The notes under the pieces were generated by a model, which was not told the DNA's origin, did no database searches, and saw nothing but the letters and a program-made list of their open reading frames with translations. DNA of 32,000 nucleotides, taken from positions 386,712 to 418,711 of the forward strand of contig NZ_NIDE01000017.1 in the NCBI RefSeq assembly GCF_002197845.1, written 5' to 3'. Numbering within the stretch: the stretch's first letter is position 1; the number at the start of each line of letters is the position of its first letter. The translations under genes and the position numbers were made by a program. Positions 17,901 through 26,578 of the stretch are shown here, piece by piece. The stretch is from Fimbriiglobus ruber (GTDB lineage Bacteria > Planctomycetota > Planctomycetia > Gemmatales > Gemmataceae).

Positions 17901-18631
17901 TCGCCCGGCGGGGACGGCGTCAGGTTCGGGGGCATTTGCAGGTGCTGCATGAGCAACTGCTGCATGCTGTTCCCGTCGAACGGCCGCTGGCCGCACAGCA
18001 GCTCCTGGTACACGCACGCCAGGCTGTACTGGTCGCAGAACCGGGACACGAACCCGTCGAACGTCTCGGGGGCGGCGTACACCGGGGTGATCCCGCCCGT
18101 CACCGACGCGACCATCCCTTCGAGGTCTTTGACCTGCCCGAAGTCCGCCACCTTGACGTGGTTGTAAAGGAGGAACAGGTTCTGGGGCTTGATGTCCAGG
18201 TGCTGGAGCTGGAACTGGTCGTTCATCAGGTCGAGGACTTCGGCCGTCTCGCTCATGTATTGCAGGAGTTCGTCCCGCGGGATGCCCGGGAGCTTCTGCG
18301 CGCGGCAGGCGCGGAACCGGTCCCACAGGTTGCAGTCGGCCAACTCCATGACGATCATGAGCCGGCCGTCGACGATGTCGAACCGGTCGAGGGCGAGCAG
18401 GTACGGGTGGCGGACCTGCTTGACCCGCTTGAGGGCTTTGAGTTCCTGCTCGGCGAACCGGTAGGAGTCCGTTTCCCGATTCCGGATGTCCCCGTGGACG
18501 ATCTTGATCGCCTTGAAAATGCCGCCCGGGGCCTCGGCCTTCCACACCTCGCCGAACCCGCCGCTGCCGAGGCGCTCCATCAGGCGGTACCCGGTGATCG
18601 GCTCGGTCTGGCTCTCGATTCGTGCGGTCAT
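14918..18631 (-). CDS. Ser/Thr protein kinase fused to a tubulin/FtsZ-like domain (1237 aa)
   Basis: Kinase: GYRLMERLGSGGFGEVWKAEAPGGIFKAIKIV, LQHLDIKPQNLFLL, VKVADFG, PVYAAPETF. C-terminal: LGYTGLRVLQRFRKHLADRFGP, YIDTDPD, RVYVVAGLGGGTGSGMFLDLAYIVRSRLKRMGY (tubulin-like G-loop, near 16990-17035). Confidence 0.88.
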   Translation of the reverse strand: MTARIESQTEPITGYRLMERLGSGGFGEVWKAEAPGGIFKAIKIVHGDIRNRETDSYRFAEQELKALKRVKQVRHPYLLALDRFDIVDGRLMIVMELADCNLWDRFRACRAQKLPGIPRDELLQYMSETAEVLDLMNDQFQLQHLDIKPQNLFLLYNHVKVADFGQVKDLEGMVASVTGGITPVYAAPETFDGFVSRFCDQYSLACVYQELLCGQRPFDGNSMQQLLMQHLQMPPNLTPSPPGDRPALARALAKKPDERFPSVSAMVAAIRAGNAGSDRTVVPAGSGGVPPGSRHGLGDGSKSGPIEVFPAHVPPAADAPPANMTPTQFPLPSVGPDNFPFALVQTPTPRGDTDPPYPRQDAPREITGPGTLQPTLILGLGYTGLRVLQRFRKHLADRFGPADAVPSFRTLYIDTDPDVQTATAPDPAAGLAGLDPEEVFAARLNRAAHYLKPRPNGRNVVDGWFDQQLLYKLTRTPTTMGIRGFGRLALCDHSRALVQKIQTELDACLNPVALTATRDGTGQAVRTNRPRVYVVAGLGGGTGSGMFLDLAYIVRSRLKRMGYTDPDVVGVFHLPPDGAAANTTPLSQANTYAALTELHHYSRPQTVFAASYDERVGNVRDADRPFSNVFLFPGSAYSPPVIPGSTVTATAATVRNSGPLSNTARGPSGTQPMISRTTPSGRSTPGLRTDAWNRPPGPGGKAGDADVTRDPTALSAEFLRLSTTSQVGRLADDQTRPPTPETSAGSVRVCGLTRYSWPRAEVVGRAARILAPVLLNHWVSTDPAHVRQVIPGWVANQWTRLGTAPDKITTRLSDAANQAAGGPIQELVARTTEILLPKGWLARLPDPDRVTAAVDQWQRIFGKQQGVVARPPTAVEEAVAATADDLTALARSEITALFHGLVETPAFRLAGTEEAARQMLAVLNKARVQLDKQAAALETGTATALEQILAYTNFQKGMKKVSATDFAAAVGQYPSGQHQLMLIRGVLRVYRELKELLTEILGDVSAYRQRAEACRRDLALESEFPAPGCGPGELLPARCPTTEDAAQVFIGSLTDDDLIALDTKVQERLERTFGGLYQACVNSIDGPLGLLREVRTAARAYLDARLGEADVAGMFAQHYGTADAAVAELRRAFDRAAPPLVGPGPWAQSAVTVFGSPTGAGGDPVRDLAARMLPDAAATATVPDEVVIYREYSAVPLAAVPQLGPAWAAAYRVVPDAQQINPHARLDVTAWVDVDTD

Positions 18632-18712
18632 ATCCGTTCCCCGGTGTCCCGGCAGCCTATGTAGTAAAGGAATCCGGCGCCCGGCCCGTCTCGGGCGGCG
18701 CCGGGGCGGACG

Positions 18713-21700
18713 TCATCCGGCGCCCGGAACGGGCCAGGGGAGGTCGGCCCGGGTGTGCGGGTTGTAGTCGGTGGCGAGCTGCTGCTCGTAGGCGTCGCGG
18801 GCGGCGCCGGACACCTGCGCGAGCGACGTCAGCGGAACCCGCGGGCACTCGCGGTAAATCAGAATGTCGTCCGCGAGCGGGGCCGGGATGAATTCGACCC
18901 CGGGGCAGGCGGCGACCGCGATCGCCCGGAACCGGTCCCCGTCCGCCCCGGCGGGGGCGGCCAGGATCGCGGCCTCGGTCGCCCGCCCGCCGACGCCGGT
19001 CAGGTCCGGGGCCGCCTTCGCGAACCCGGCCGCCAGGAGGTCGCGGGCGGGTTGCCCGTTCCCCTGGTAGCGGAGGAACACGGTGGCCGGGTTGGCCTTC
19101 TCGAGCCGGGCGTCCAGGAACGACCGCGCCCCGGTCTCGAGCAGTTTGAGGAAGTCCGGAGCCTTCTCGGCCTTCAGGCAGACGTTCACCAGCCCGCGGC
19201 ACTTGCGGCTGACGTCTTTCTGGAGGGCGAGGTCGAAGGCCAGGATATCTTCGGGCGAGAGTTCGGCCAGCACCCGGTCGGCCGCGTCGTCCAGGGACGT
19301 ACACCCGGACGGGAGGATGAGGGTTCCGGGGCCGACGTCGCCGACGCCGGTCCCGGCGCCCCCGAGCGACTGCCCCATTTCCGCGATCCGGCCGCGGCAG
19401 AAGTTCACGTCCCGCAGGTATTCGGGGATGCTCCCGAGGAGCCCGCGGTACACGGCCAAGGCGGCGGTGTCGTAAATCAGTCGGAGACGTTTTTGGGAGT
19501 AGACCTTGAGCGCGTCGAGAACTTCGCCGGCCGCCCCCGATTTCCGCCCCGTGAAGCCGGCGTTGAGCCCGCCGATCGCCTGCAGAACCCGGCCGAAGGC
19601 CTCGCGGACGTCCCGGTCGCCTTCCTTGCAGAGCGGCTCCAACCCCTCGGCCGTGCGCCGGACGCGTTCGGTGATCTGGTTCAGGGCTTCCTCGGCCCCG
19701 GCCAACCGGTGCTGTGGCTGTTCGATGAACGACACCGCCAGCGCGGCCAAGTTGACCTCGATTTCGCCCGCGAATTTCTTGAACGACTCCTGGACCACGG
19801 TCTCCAGGCTGCCCGGACTCTCGTTCTCGCACGCGGGCTTGCCGACCCATTTGAGGAGTTGGTCCAGCACCTCGCACGCGGTCGCCGCGTCCAGGCGCCC
19901 GCCGCCCGCCGCCCGCGCCCGAAGCGAGTCCACGGCCGCATCGAACACCGCGTCCGGGTCTTCCCGGAGGGCATCACGGGCGACTTGCTCGAACCGCCCG
20001 ATGACGGACGGCAGGTCGAGCTTTTGCTTGGCCCACTGCTCGTCGAGCCACCGCTGGATCGGCTCCCGCAGGTGGGCCGTTTCCTTCCCACCCCACCGCT
20101 GGAGGAGCCGCTGGTTGAACCGGCGGGTGGCGGTCGTCAGCAGTTCCACCCGCGGCCACGAAAACTGGTGCAGGCCGAACAGTTGGACGACCGGGGCGGC
20201 CGCGTCGCCGGTCACCGGCGTGACGGACCGGACGTAATCCGTCACCTTCCCGGCGGTGGTCAACAGTTCGGTGAACACCCCGCGGGCGGCCAACGAGTAG
20301 GCCAGTTTCTGGTCTTTATCCTTGGGTTTGGGAAGCGATACGATCGCGGTTCGGGCGAACGGGCCGTCCCCGTCCACCACCGCGGGCTCGTTCGCGTCGA
20401 ACGTCGTCTTGTACGTGTTCCCGGTCGCGAAGTGGTAGACCTCGGCCAGGGCGGCGAACGTGTTCACGAGCCCGATCGTCTTGGACGGGGCCTTGTCCGC
20501 GGGCGGCGCGAGCAGGACGCCGACGGTTTCCGGCTTCCGGTACCCGACCGCGCGGAGTTCGTGCTTGAGGATGTACGCTAGGTCGAGGAACATGCCGGAC
20601 CCGGTCCCGCCGGCCAGCCCGGCCAGGACGTACGCCCGCGGGCGGTTCGAGCGGACCCCGAGCCCGGTCCCGGCGGCCGCCTTGTCGAGCGGATCGTCCG
20701 TCAGGAACGTTTCGATTTCCTGGCGAATCCGCTGCGCGATCACGCGGTAATTGTCGCACAGGGCAAGTCGGCCGAACGCCCGGACGCCGGCGGCCGGCCC
20801 GGGCGACTTCGGGAGTTGATACAAGAGTCCGGGCGGGAGCCAACTTTCGACCGCCGGGGCCGCACTCTGTTGGAGGTAGTGGGCGGGCCGGTTCAGCCGG
20901 GCCGGAACGACCTCGCGGGCCGCGAACGGGTCCTGGCCCGACGTCGCCGCGGTGATCGCTTCCGGGTCCGTGTCGATGTACAAATACCGGAATGTGGGGA
21001 CGGCGTCCGTGCTGCCGAACCGGTCGCGGACGAACTGCCGGAGCGCCCGCAGGACGATCAGGCCGGTCTGTCCGACCGCGACGACGAGCGACGGGAATAG
21101 GACACCGGGGCCCTCTTTTTCGGGCGGCGCGATGCCGAGACTGCTCATCCGCCCGGTCTGGAAGACTTGCGGGCGCGGCAAGGTCGCCGCCGGCCCGCTG
21201 CCCGGGGTGCCCTGCGGCGTGAGCATCCGGGGCGTGACGAGGCCGGGCGTTCCGTAAGTCCCCCCGGGGCGGCGCGGGTTCGGGGTCGCGACTCCGAACC
21301 CGCCCGGGCTCATGAGCGACCGCTCCAGTGCCGCGGCCGCCACGCCACTCCCGGGACGGGTCGTGGCACGGTCCGGCCCGGGGGGCGTATTCGGCTCGGG
21401 CGAAAGGCCGGGCGGGCGTGGCGTGTCGGCTTTCGGGTCGCGGGTCGTTCCCAGCAGCGGCGTGGCGCCGGACCCCGTTCCCCCGGAGCCGGGTTGCTGG
21501 GTGGTGCCCGCGAATTTGAGGGCGCGAACCATGTCCGCGCACGTTTTCCACCGGTCGTCCGGCTTTTTACTCAGCGACCGCCCGATTACCGGTCGGTCAT
21601 TCTCGTTGAGGGGGCTCAGGTCCGGCGCCCCGTTGAGGTGTTGGAGCAGCAATTGTTTCGTGTTCGCCCCGTTGAAGGGCCGCGTTCCGGTGAGCAACTC

Positions 21701-22324
21701 CTGAAACACGATCGCCAGGCTGTACTGGTCGCTGTACCGGCTGACCCAGCCCTCGAACGTTTCCGGGGCGGCGTACACCGGCGTCACCCCGCCGGTCACC
21801 GTCGCCCGCATCCCCTCGAACGCCTTGGCCAGGCCGAAGTCGGCCACTTTCACGTGGTTGAACGTCAGGAAGATGTTCTGCGGCTTCACGTCCAGGTGTT
21901 GAATCTGGTAGTGGTCGTTCATCAGGTCCAGGGCTTCCGCGACTTCTTCCATGTACGCGATCAGCTCGACCCGCGGGATGCCGATCATGCCCTGCGTGCG
22001 GCACTCGCGGAACCTGTCCCACAGGTTGCGGTCGGCCAACTCCATAACAATGATGAGTTGGCCGTCGACGACGTCGAACCGTTCCAGGGTCAGGATGTAC
22101 GGGTGGCGGATCGACTTGACGCGGTGCAGGGCCTTGAGTTCCTGCTCGGCGGGCCGGCCGTCTTCGTCGGCCGAATCCAGGTCGCCGAACACGAACTTCA
22201 TGGCCTTCAACAGGCCGCCCGGGGCCTCGACCTTCCACACTTCGCCGAACCCGCCACGGCCGAGCCGTTCGAGTAATTTGTACCCTGGGAGGGGTTCTTC
22301 ATGACTGGTCAGGCGTACCGGCAT
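18713..22324 (-). CDS. Ser/Thr protein kinase fused to a tubulin/FtsZ-like domain, paralogue (~1203 aa from MPVRLTSH; ORF track start 22381)
   Basis: GYKLLERLGRGGFGEVWKVEAPGGLLKAMKFVFG, IQHLDVKPQNIFLTFNHVKVADFGLAKAFEGM, PVYAAPETFEGW; then VGQTGLIVLRALRQFVRDRFGSTDAVPTFRYLYIDTDPE and RAYVLAGLAGGTGSGMFLDLAYILKHELRAVGYRKPETVGVLL. Confidence 0.88.
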   Translation of the reverse strand: MPVRLTSHEEPLPGYKLLERLGRGGFGEVWKVEAPGGLLKAMKFVFGDLDSADEDGRPAEQELKALHRVKSIRHPYILTLERFDVVDGQLIIVMELADRNLWDRFRECRTQGMIGIPRVELIAYMEEVAEALDLMNDHYQIQHLDVKPQNIFLTFNHVKVADFGLAKAFEGMRATVTGGVTPVYAAPETFEGWVSRYSDQYSLAIVFQELLTGTRPFNGANTKQLLLQHLNGAPDLSPLNENDRPVIGRSLSKKPDDRWKTCADMVRALKFAGTTQQPGSGGTGSGATPLLGTTRDPKADTPRPPGLSPEPNTPPGPDRATTRPGSGVAAAALERSLMSPGGFGVATPNPRRPGGTYGTPGLVTPRMLTPQGTPGSGPAATLPRPQVFQTGRMSSLGIAPPEKEGPGVLFPSLVVAVGQTGLIVLRALRQFVRDRFGSTDAVPTFRYLYIDTDPEAITAATSGQDPFAAREVVPARLNRPAHYLQQSAAPAVESWLPPGLLYQLPKSPGPAAGVRAFGRLALCDNYRVIAQRIRQEIETFLTDDPLDKAAAGTGLGVRSNRPRAYVLAGLAGGTGSGMFLDLAYILKHELRAVGYRKPETVGVLLAPPADKAPSKTIGLVNTFAALAEVYHFATGNTYKTTFDANEPAVVDGDGPFARTAIVSLPKPKDKDQKLAYSLAARGVFTELLTTAGKVTDYVRSVTPVTGDAAAPVVQLFGLHQFSWPRVELLTTATRRFNQRLLQRWGGKETAHLREPIQRWLDEQWAKQKLDLPSVIGRFEQVARDALREDPDAVFDAAVDSLRARAAGGGRLDAATACEVLDQLLKWVGKPACENESPGSLETVVQESFKKFAGEIEVNLAALAVSFIEQPQHRLAGAEEALNQITERVRRTAEGLEPLCKEGDRDVREAFGRVLQAIGGLNAGFTGRKSGAAGEVLDALKVYSQKRLRLIYDTAALAVYRGLLGSIPEYLRDVNFCRGRIAEMGQSLGGAGTGVGDVGPGTLILPSGCTSLDDAADRVLAELSPEDILAFDLALQKDVSRKCRGLVNVCLKAEKAPDFLKLLETGARSFLDARLEKANPATVFLRYQGNGQPARDLLAAGFAKAAPDLTGVGGRATEAAILAAPAGADGDRFRAIAVAACPGVEFIPAPLADDILIYRECPRVPLTSLAQVSGAARDAYEQQLATDYNPHTRADLPWPVPGAG

Positions 22325-22937
22325 CGATACGTTCCGATGGTGATCGCCCACGCGAACGGCGCGGCGATCCGTGGTGAGCATAACTGGGACTACCTACTCT
22401 GTAGCTCATAACGGACGTTTGGCAAAACCGCGGACTTCGCCCCGTTCCTCAAAACCGGTACTTTCTGGAAACAGCTCGCGATTTCGGTTCCGGGCAGAAA
22501 GCGGTGCTGAGGACCACCTCCGGTCGACCGCAACTCGCGCAACAGAATCCGCTTCCGCCGTCTACCTTGCACCCACCTTGCACCAGTGCGGGGCACGAAC
22601 GGGATTAGAAAGGCTCACACTTCCCGCTCTCGTGCCCGGATCGAAAATGGCAGGAAGTTACTGCGGTTGGGGACCTCGTGACTCGGAACCTGAATTTTCC
22701 TGCACGAGTGCAGACGACTCCGTGAGACGTTTCCCAGGGTTCGGGCCGTCGCAAATTGGTCGGAGTGCCCCTCTTCACCCACTTACCCAGACGGCGATGT
22801 CTTTTTCGAACGAACGGTTTAAACTGTGTACTTCCGGCGAGCGTGGTAAACGGGCATGACCCGGGCGCGGAGCGCGATTGCGACCGCCGGCGTAAATTTG
22901 TACTCTTTGAGCGTCATGTAACTCGTACGACTGCGTC

Positions 22938-23654
22938 ATGGAAGGCATTATGAGCGAACGGCATCGCACCGGATTATTGGTCAGCGTCCGGTCGGCCGAC
23001 GAGGCGACGACTGCGATCGAGAGCGGGGCCGACCTGATCGACGTGAAAGACCCGACCAAGGGGCCGCTCGGGATCGCCCACCACGAGGCGGTTGCCGGCG
23101 TCGTCGCCGCGGTCGGCGGGAAGGTTCCGGTCAGCGCGGCGCTCGGCGAGTGGTCGCCGTCGGTCCTGACCGAAGCGCACTGGCACCTCGAACTCCCATT
23201 GAATTACGTGAAGTGGGGCCTGGCGGGGTACAAGGGCGGCCCGGGGTGGGGGGAAGACCTCCTCGAAACCAAGCGGCAGGTGCCGGCCGGGATCGAAGTC
23301 GTGGCCGTCGCCTACGCCGACTGGGAGAAGGCGAACTCCGTGCCCCCGATGGAAGTCGCGAAGTTCGCCAAACGGTTCCGCTTCCGCGCGTTCCTGCTAG
23401 ACACGTTCGTCAAGGAAGGAAAATCACTCCTCGACCATATGTCGCCGGCCGAAATCCGTGAGATGGTCGAGAGCCTGCGGCGCGGCATGGTCGCGGTCGC
23501 GGTGGGCGGGTCGCTGAAGGTCGAACAACTGAAACAGCTAAAAGACGTGAAGCCGGACTGGTACGCGGTCCGCGGGTCGGTCTGCGCCGGCGGCAAGCGC
23601 GACGGTGTCCTCGACCCGGTGCGGGTCAAGAAGTGGAAAGAGGCTCTGGCGTAA
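22938..23654 (+). CDS. mfnB: (5-formylfuran-3-yl)methyl phosphate synthase-like protein (MfnB / DUF556)
   Basis: GLLVSVRSADEATTAIESGADLIDVKDPTKGPLGIA...VSAALGEW...YVKWGLAGYKG...AVAYADWEKANS...FLLDTFVKEGKSLLDHMSPAEI...DWYAVRGSVCAGGKRDGVLDPVRV. Alternative start MSERHRTG at 22950. Confidence 0.85.
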   Translation: MEGIMSERHRTGLLVSVRSADEATTAIESGADLIDVKDPTKGPLGIAHHEAVAGVVAAVGGKVPVSAALGEWSPSVLTEAHWHLELPLNYVKWGLAGYKGGPGWGEDLLETKRQVPAGIEVVAVAYADWEKANSVPPMEVAKFAKRFRFRAFLLDTFVKEGKSLLDHMSPAEIREMVESLRRGMVAVAVGGSLKVEQLKQLKDVKPDWYAVRGSVCAGGKRDGVLDPVRVKKWKEALA

Positions 23655-26485
23655 TCGACAACACGCGAGCCGGTCGTTACCGATCCTTCCCGAGGTGTGG
23701 CGTACTCGTGAGACTCGTTGCTGTTCTCCTCGTCGCGGGACTCGTGTCGCCGCCTCTCTTCTCCGTGCCGCCCGACGCGACTCCTCCCGCAGATTGGCTC
23801 GTTCACCCGGACGGGTTCAAGGCGAGTGTGCGCGAGGACAAAAGCCGCAAGGAACTCACCCTCGGCAACGGGCTCGCGACCCGCGTGATTCGGCTGGCAC
23901 CGAACGCGGCCACCGTCAGCCTGGATAACCCGATCACCGGCGAAAGCCTGCTCCGGGCAGTGGGACCGGAATCGCGGGTGACGATCGATGGCGTCGAGTA
24001 CGCCGTCGGCGGGTTGTCCGGCCAGCCGGTCAAGAATTACCTTAAGGCCGAATGGCTCGACGCCCTCCGCGACTCACCCGACGCTTACCACTTCAACGGT
24101 TGGAAGGAAGGACCGATCGAGGCCCGCTTCCCGTGGAAGAAACGGACCGAGTGGCTGTCGCGCGACCTGCCGTGGCCCCCGCCGGGGCGGCACGTCGTAC
24201 TCGAATTCGTCCCGCCAACCAAGCGACCGGGTCCACCGGCCGGGCCGGTGTTGTTCGAAGACCACTTCCGCGGACCGCTCAACGAAGCCTGGAAAGTTCA
24301 CGCCAGTCCGGCGCACGCCCGCTCGTCGTTCAGCAACGAGGGGAAGCCCGGCGAGATTCTGGCGGTCCCGGACACGGCGGTTTACGCCGAACGTGGTTGG
24401 CCCAAGGGCGGGGTCGCGGTCGACGTAACGGTCGACACGGGCGACGATACCAGTTCCAACTCGTGGGGTCCCGGGCTGGCTCTGGTTTGCCCGGACCGGG
24501 TCGTTTGTTTCGCCGCCCGGCCCGCGTCGGGGCAGTTCGAGATCTGCGACCCGGACCGCGGGGAACACATCGCTGGGAAGTTCGACCGCGCCAAGCCGGT
24601 CACGCTGCGGGCACGAATCGACGGTGGCCGGGTGACGTTTGAAGCGTCGCAGGACGACGGCAAGACCGTCACGGTCGTCGGCGACGCCCGGCTCGCCCGC
24701 GAGCCGACCGCCATCCGCGTCGGGAAGGTCGGCAAGAGTGGGCGCGGGGTCGATTACCCCAACGCGACGGGCGAGCCGGTGCGCAGCCACGTCCGGTCGG
24801 TCGTGATCCGCGGCCCCGAGCCCGTACAAAAAGCCGCCCCGCGCACCGACCTGCCCGCTGTCGAAATCCACTACGAAATTTACGACGGCCTCCCGCTCTT
24901 CTCGAAGTGGCTGGTCGTGCGCAACGGGACGCAGAAGCCCGTGCGCGTGAACGCCTTTGTGTCCGAAGAACTGCGGCTGACCGAAGTCGAGTCGAACGTC
25001 GAAGCGGCGCCCGACCGCGAGCGGCCCAACCTCTGGGTCGAGACCGATTACGCCTTCGGAGCCATGGACGCGCCGCACGCCGTCAACAAGTCCGTGTTCC
25101 TCACCACCGACCCCGACTACCCCACCCAGGTCCACTACGACCGCCAAACGCCCTGCCTGCTTCGGTGCCGACCACTGGCGGGACCGGACCAGGACGTTGC
25201 GCCGGGCGGCAGCCTGGAATCGTTCCGGACGTTCGAGCTTTTATTGGACTCCACCGAGCGGGAGCGGCGGGGTCTGGCCCAGCGGCGGATGTACCGCACC
25301 CTCGCGCCGTGGACGGCCGAGAACCCGCTGATGTTCCACGTCCGCCGGGCGGACGAACAGACGATCCGGGCGGCGATCGAGCAGGCGTCCGAAGTCGGGT
25401 TCGAGATGCTGATCCTCAGCTTCGGCAGCGGCTTCCACTTTGAATCGACTGATCCGCTGTACCGTAGGAAGTTTCAGGCGCTCGCGGCGGCGGCCCGGGA
25501 GAAAAAGCTCGCCTTGGGCGGGTACTCCCTGCTTGCCTCCCGCGGGGCCGCCGACCCGAAGGACAACACCCAGGGGCCGCCCGCGATGTACGGCGCGATG
25601 CCCTGCCTCGGGTCGAAGTGGGGCCACGCCTACCTCCAACAATTGAAGGGCTTCATCTCCGAAGCGGACCTCGGGGTGCTCGAACACGACGGATCGTACC
25701 CCGGCGACCGGTGCAACAGCCACGCCCACCCCTTCCACCGCGGGCTCGAAGACTCGCAGTGGGTCCAGTGGCGGGCGATCACCGACCTGTACAAGTGGTG
25801 CCGGGCCGAAGGTGTTTACCTGAACATCCCGGACTGGTATTTCCTGGCCGGCGGCAACAAGTGCGGCATGGGCTACTGCGAAACCAACTGGTCGCTACCC
25901 CGGGCCGAGCAGGAACTGATCGAGCGCCAGAACATCTTCGACGGTACCTGGACCAAGACGGGCTCGATGGGTTGGATGTTCGTCCCGCTCACCGAGTACC
26001 AGGGCGGCGGGCCGGCCGCGACGATCGAGCCGCTGGCCAAACACCTCGACCACTACGAGGCCCGGCTCGCCAACCTCCTCGGGGCCGGCGTCCAGGCTTG
26101 CTATCGGGGGCCGCGGCTATATGACACCGACGAGACGAAAGCTCTGGTGAAGAAGTGGGTGGCGTTCTACAAGACGCACCGCGAAGTTCTCGACGGCGAC
26201 CTCATCCACCTGCGGCGGGCGAACGGCCGCGACTGGGACGGCTGGCTCCACGTCAACCCGCAGGGCAAAGAGAAAGGACTGGCGTTCTTCTACAACCCAT
26301 TGTCCGAGCCCATCGAGCGCGAGATCCGCGTCCCGCTCCAATACACCGGGTTGGTCGACAAGGCCCGCGTCTCCATCGACGGCGCGACGCCCACATCCGT
26401 TGCCCTCGACCGGACGGCGACCGCTACCCTGAAGGTGAGAATCCCGGCCCGCGGACGCACCTGGGTGGTCTTTACCACAGAATAA
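23633..26485 (+). CDS. Secreted alpha-galactosidase-like (GH-D clan-like) protein; alternative GTG start at 23708
   Basis: Signal-like VRLVAVLLVAGLVSPPLFS; TIM-barrel-like segment FEMLILSFGSGFHFES...YSLLAS...LGVLEHDGSYPGDRCNSHAHPFHRGLEDSQWVQWRAITDLYKWCR...YLNIPDWYFLAG; inserted LFEDHFRGPLNEAWKV concanavalin-like region. Confidence 0.65.
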   Translation: MERGSGVIDNTRAGRYRSFPRCGVLVRLVAVLLVAGLVSPPLFSVPPDATPPADWLVHPDGFKASVREDKSRKELTLGNGLATRVIRLAPNAATVSLDNPITGESLLRAVGPESRVTIDGVEYAVGGLSGQPVKNYLKAEWLDALRDSPDAYHFNGWKEGPIEARFPWKKRTEWLSRDLPWPPPGRHVVLEFVPPTKRPGPPAGPVLFEDHFRGPLNEAWKVHASPAHARSSFSNEGKPGEILAVPDTAVYAERGWPKGGVAVDVTVDTGDDTSSNSWGPGLALVCPDRVVCFAARPASGQFEICDPDRGEHIAGKFDRAKPVTLRARIDGGRVTFEASQDDGKTVTVVGDARLAREPTAIRVGKVGKSGRGVDYPNATGEPVRSHVRSVVIRGPEPVQKAAPRTDLPAVEIHYEIYDGLPLFSKWLVVRNGTQKPVRVNAFVSEELRLTEVESNVEAAPDRERPNLWVETDYAFGAMDAPHAVNKSVFLTTDPDYPTQVHYDRQTPCLLRCRPLAGPDQDVAPGGSLESFRTFELLLDSTERERRGLAQRRMYRTLAPWTAENPLMFHVRRADEQTIRAAIEQASEVGFEMLILSFGSGFHFESTDPLYRRKFQALAAAAREKKLALGGYSLLASRGAADPKDNTQGPPAMYGAMPCLGSKWGHAYLQQLKGFISEADLGVLEHDGSYPGDRCNSHAHPFHRGLEDSQWVQWRAITDLYKWCRAEGVYLNIPDWYFLAGGNKCGMGYCETNWSLPRAEQELIERQNIFDGTWTKTGSMGWMFVPLTEYQGGGPAATIEPLAKHLDHYEARLANLLGAGVQACYRGPRLYDTDETKALVKKWVAFYKTHREVLDGDLIHLRRANGRDWDGWLHVNPQGKEKGLAFFYNPLSEPIEREIRVPLQYTGLVDKARVSIDGATPTSVALDRTATATLKVRIPARGRTWVVFTTE

Positions 26486-26513
26486 AGCACCTCTTTTGAA
26501 CTCGATAAAAAAA

Positions 26514-26550
26514 CGACGGTTCGGGCGATTCGTGACCGCCCGAACCGTCG
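26514..26550 (-). terminator. Rho-independent terminator between convergent genes
   Basis: 14-bp perfect stem CGACGGTTCGGGCG/CGCCCGAACCGTCG, loop ATTCGTGAC; A7 on the left acts as a U-tract for the minus-strand gene. Confidence 0.9.
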
Positions 26551-26578
26551 CTCATGACCGACCCGGTTGCCCGGACAA

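Noticed and set aside
16832-18664. 610-aa plus-strand ORF antisense to the kinase-tubulin-like gene (also 15434..16459, 16842..18545 -, 18755..20581, 20316..21551 -, 21167..22276)
   Set aside because: Low-complexity Arg/Gly/Pro/Val-rich translations that mirror genuine kinase or tubulin-like coding on the other frame; typical GC-rich shadow ORFs.
22325-22937. Possible genes in the ~600-bp divergent intergenic region (22371..22859 + and 22756..22953 +)
   Set aside because: Translations lack coherent domains and are Ser/Arg-rich; more likely a regulatory or degraded region.
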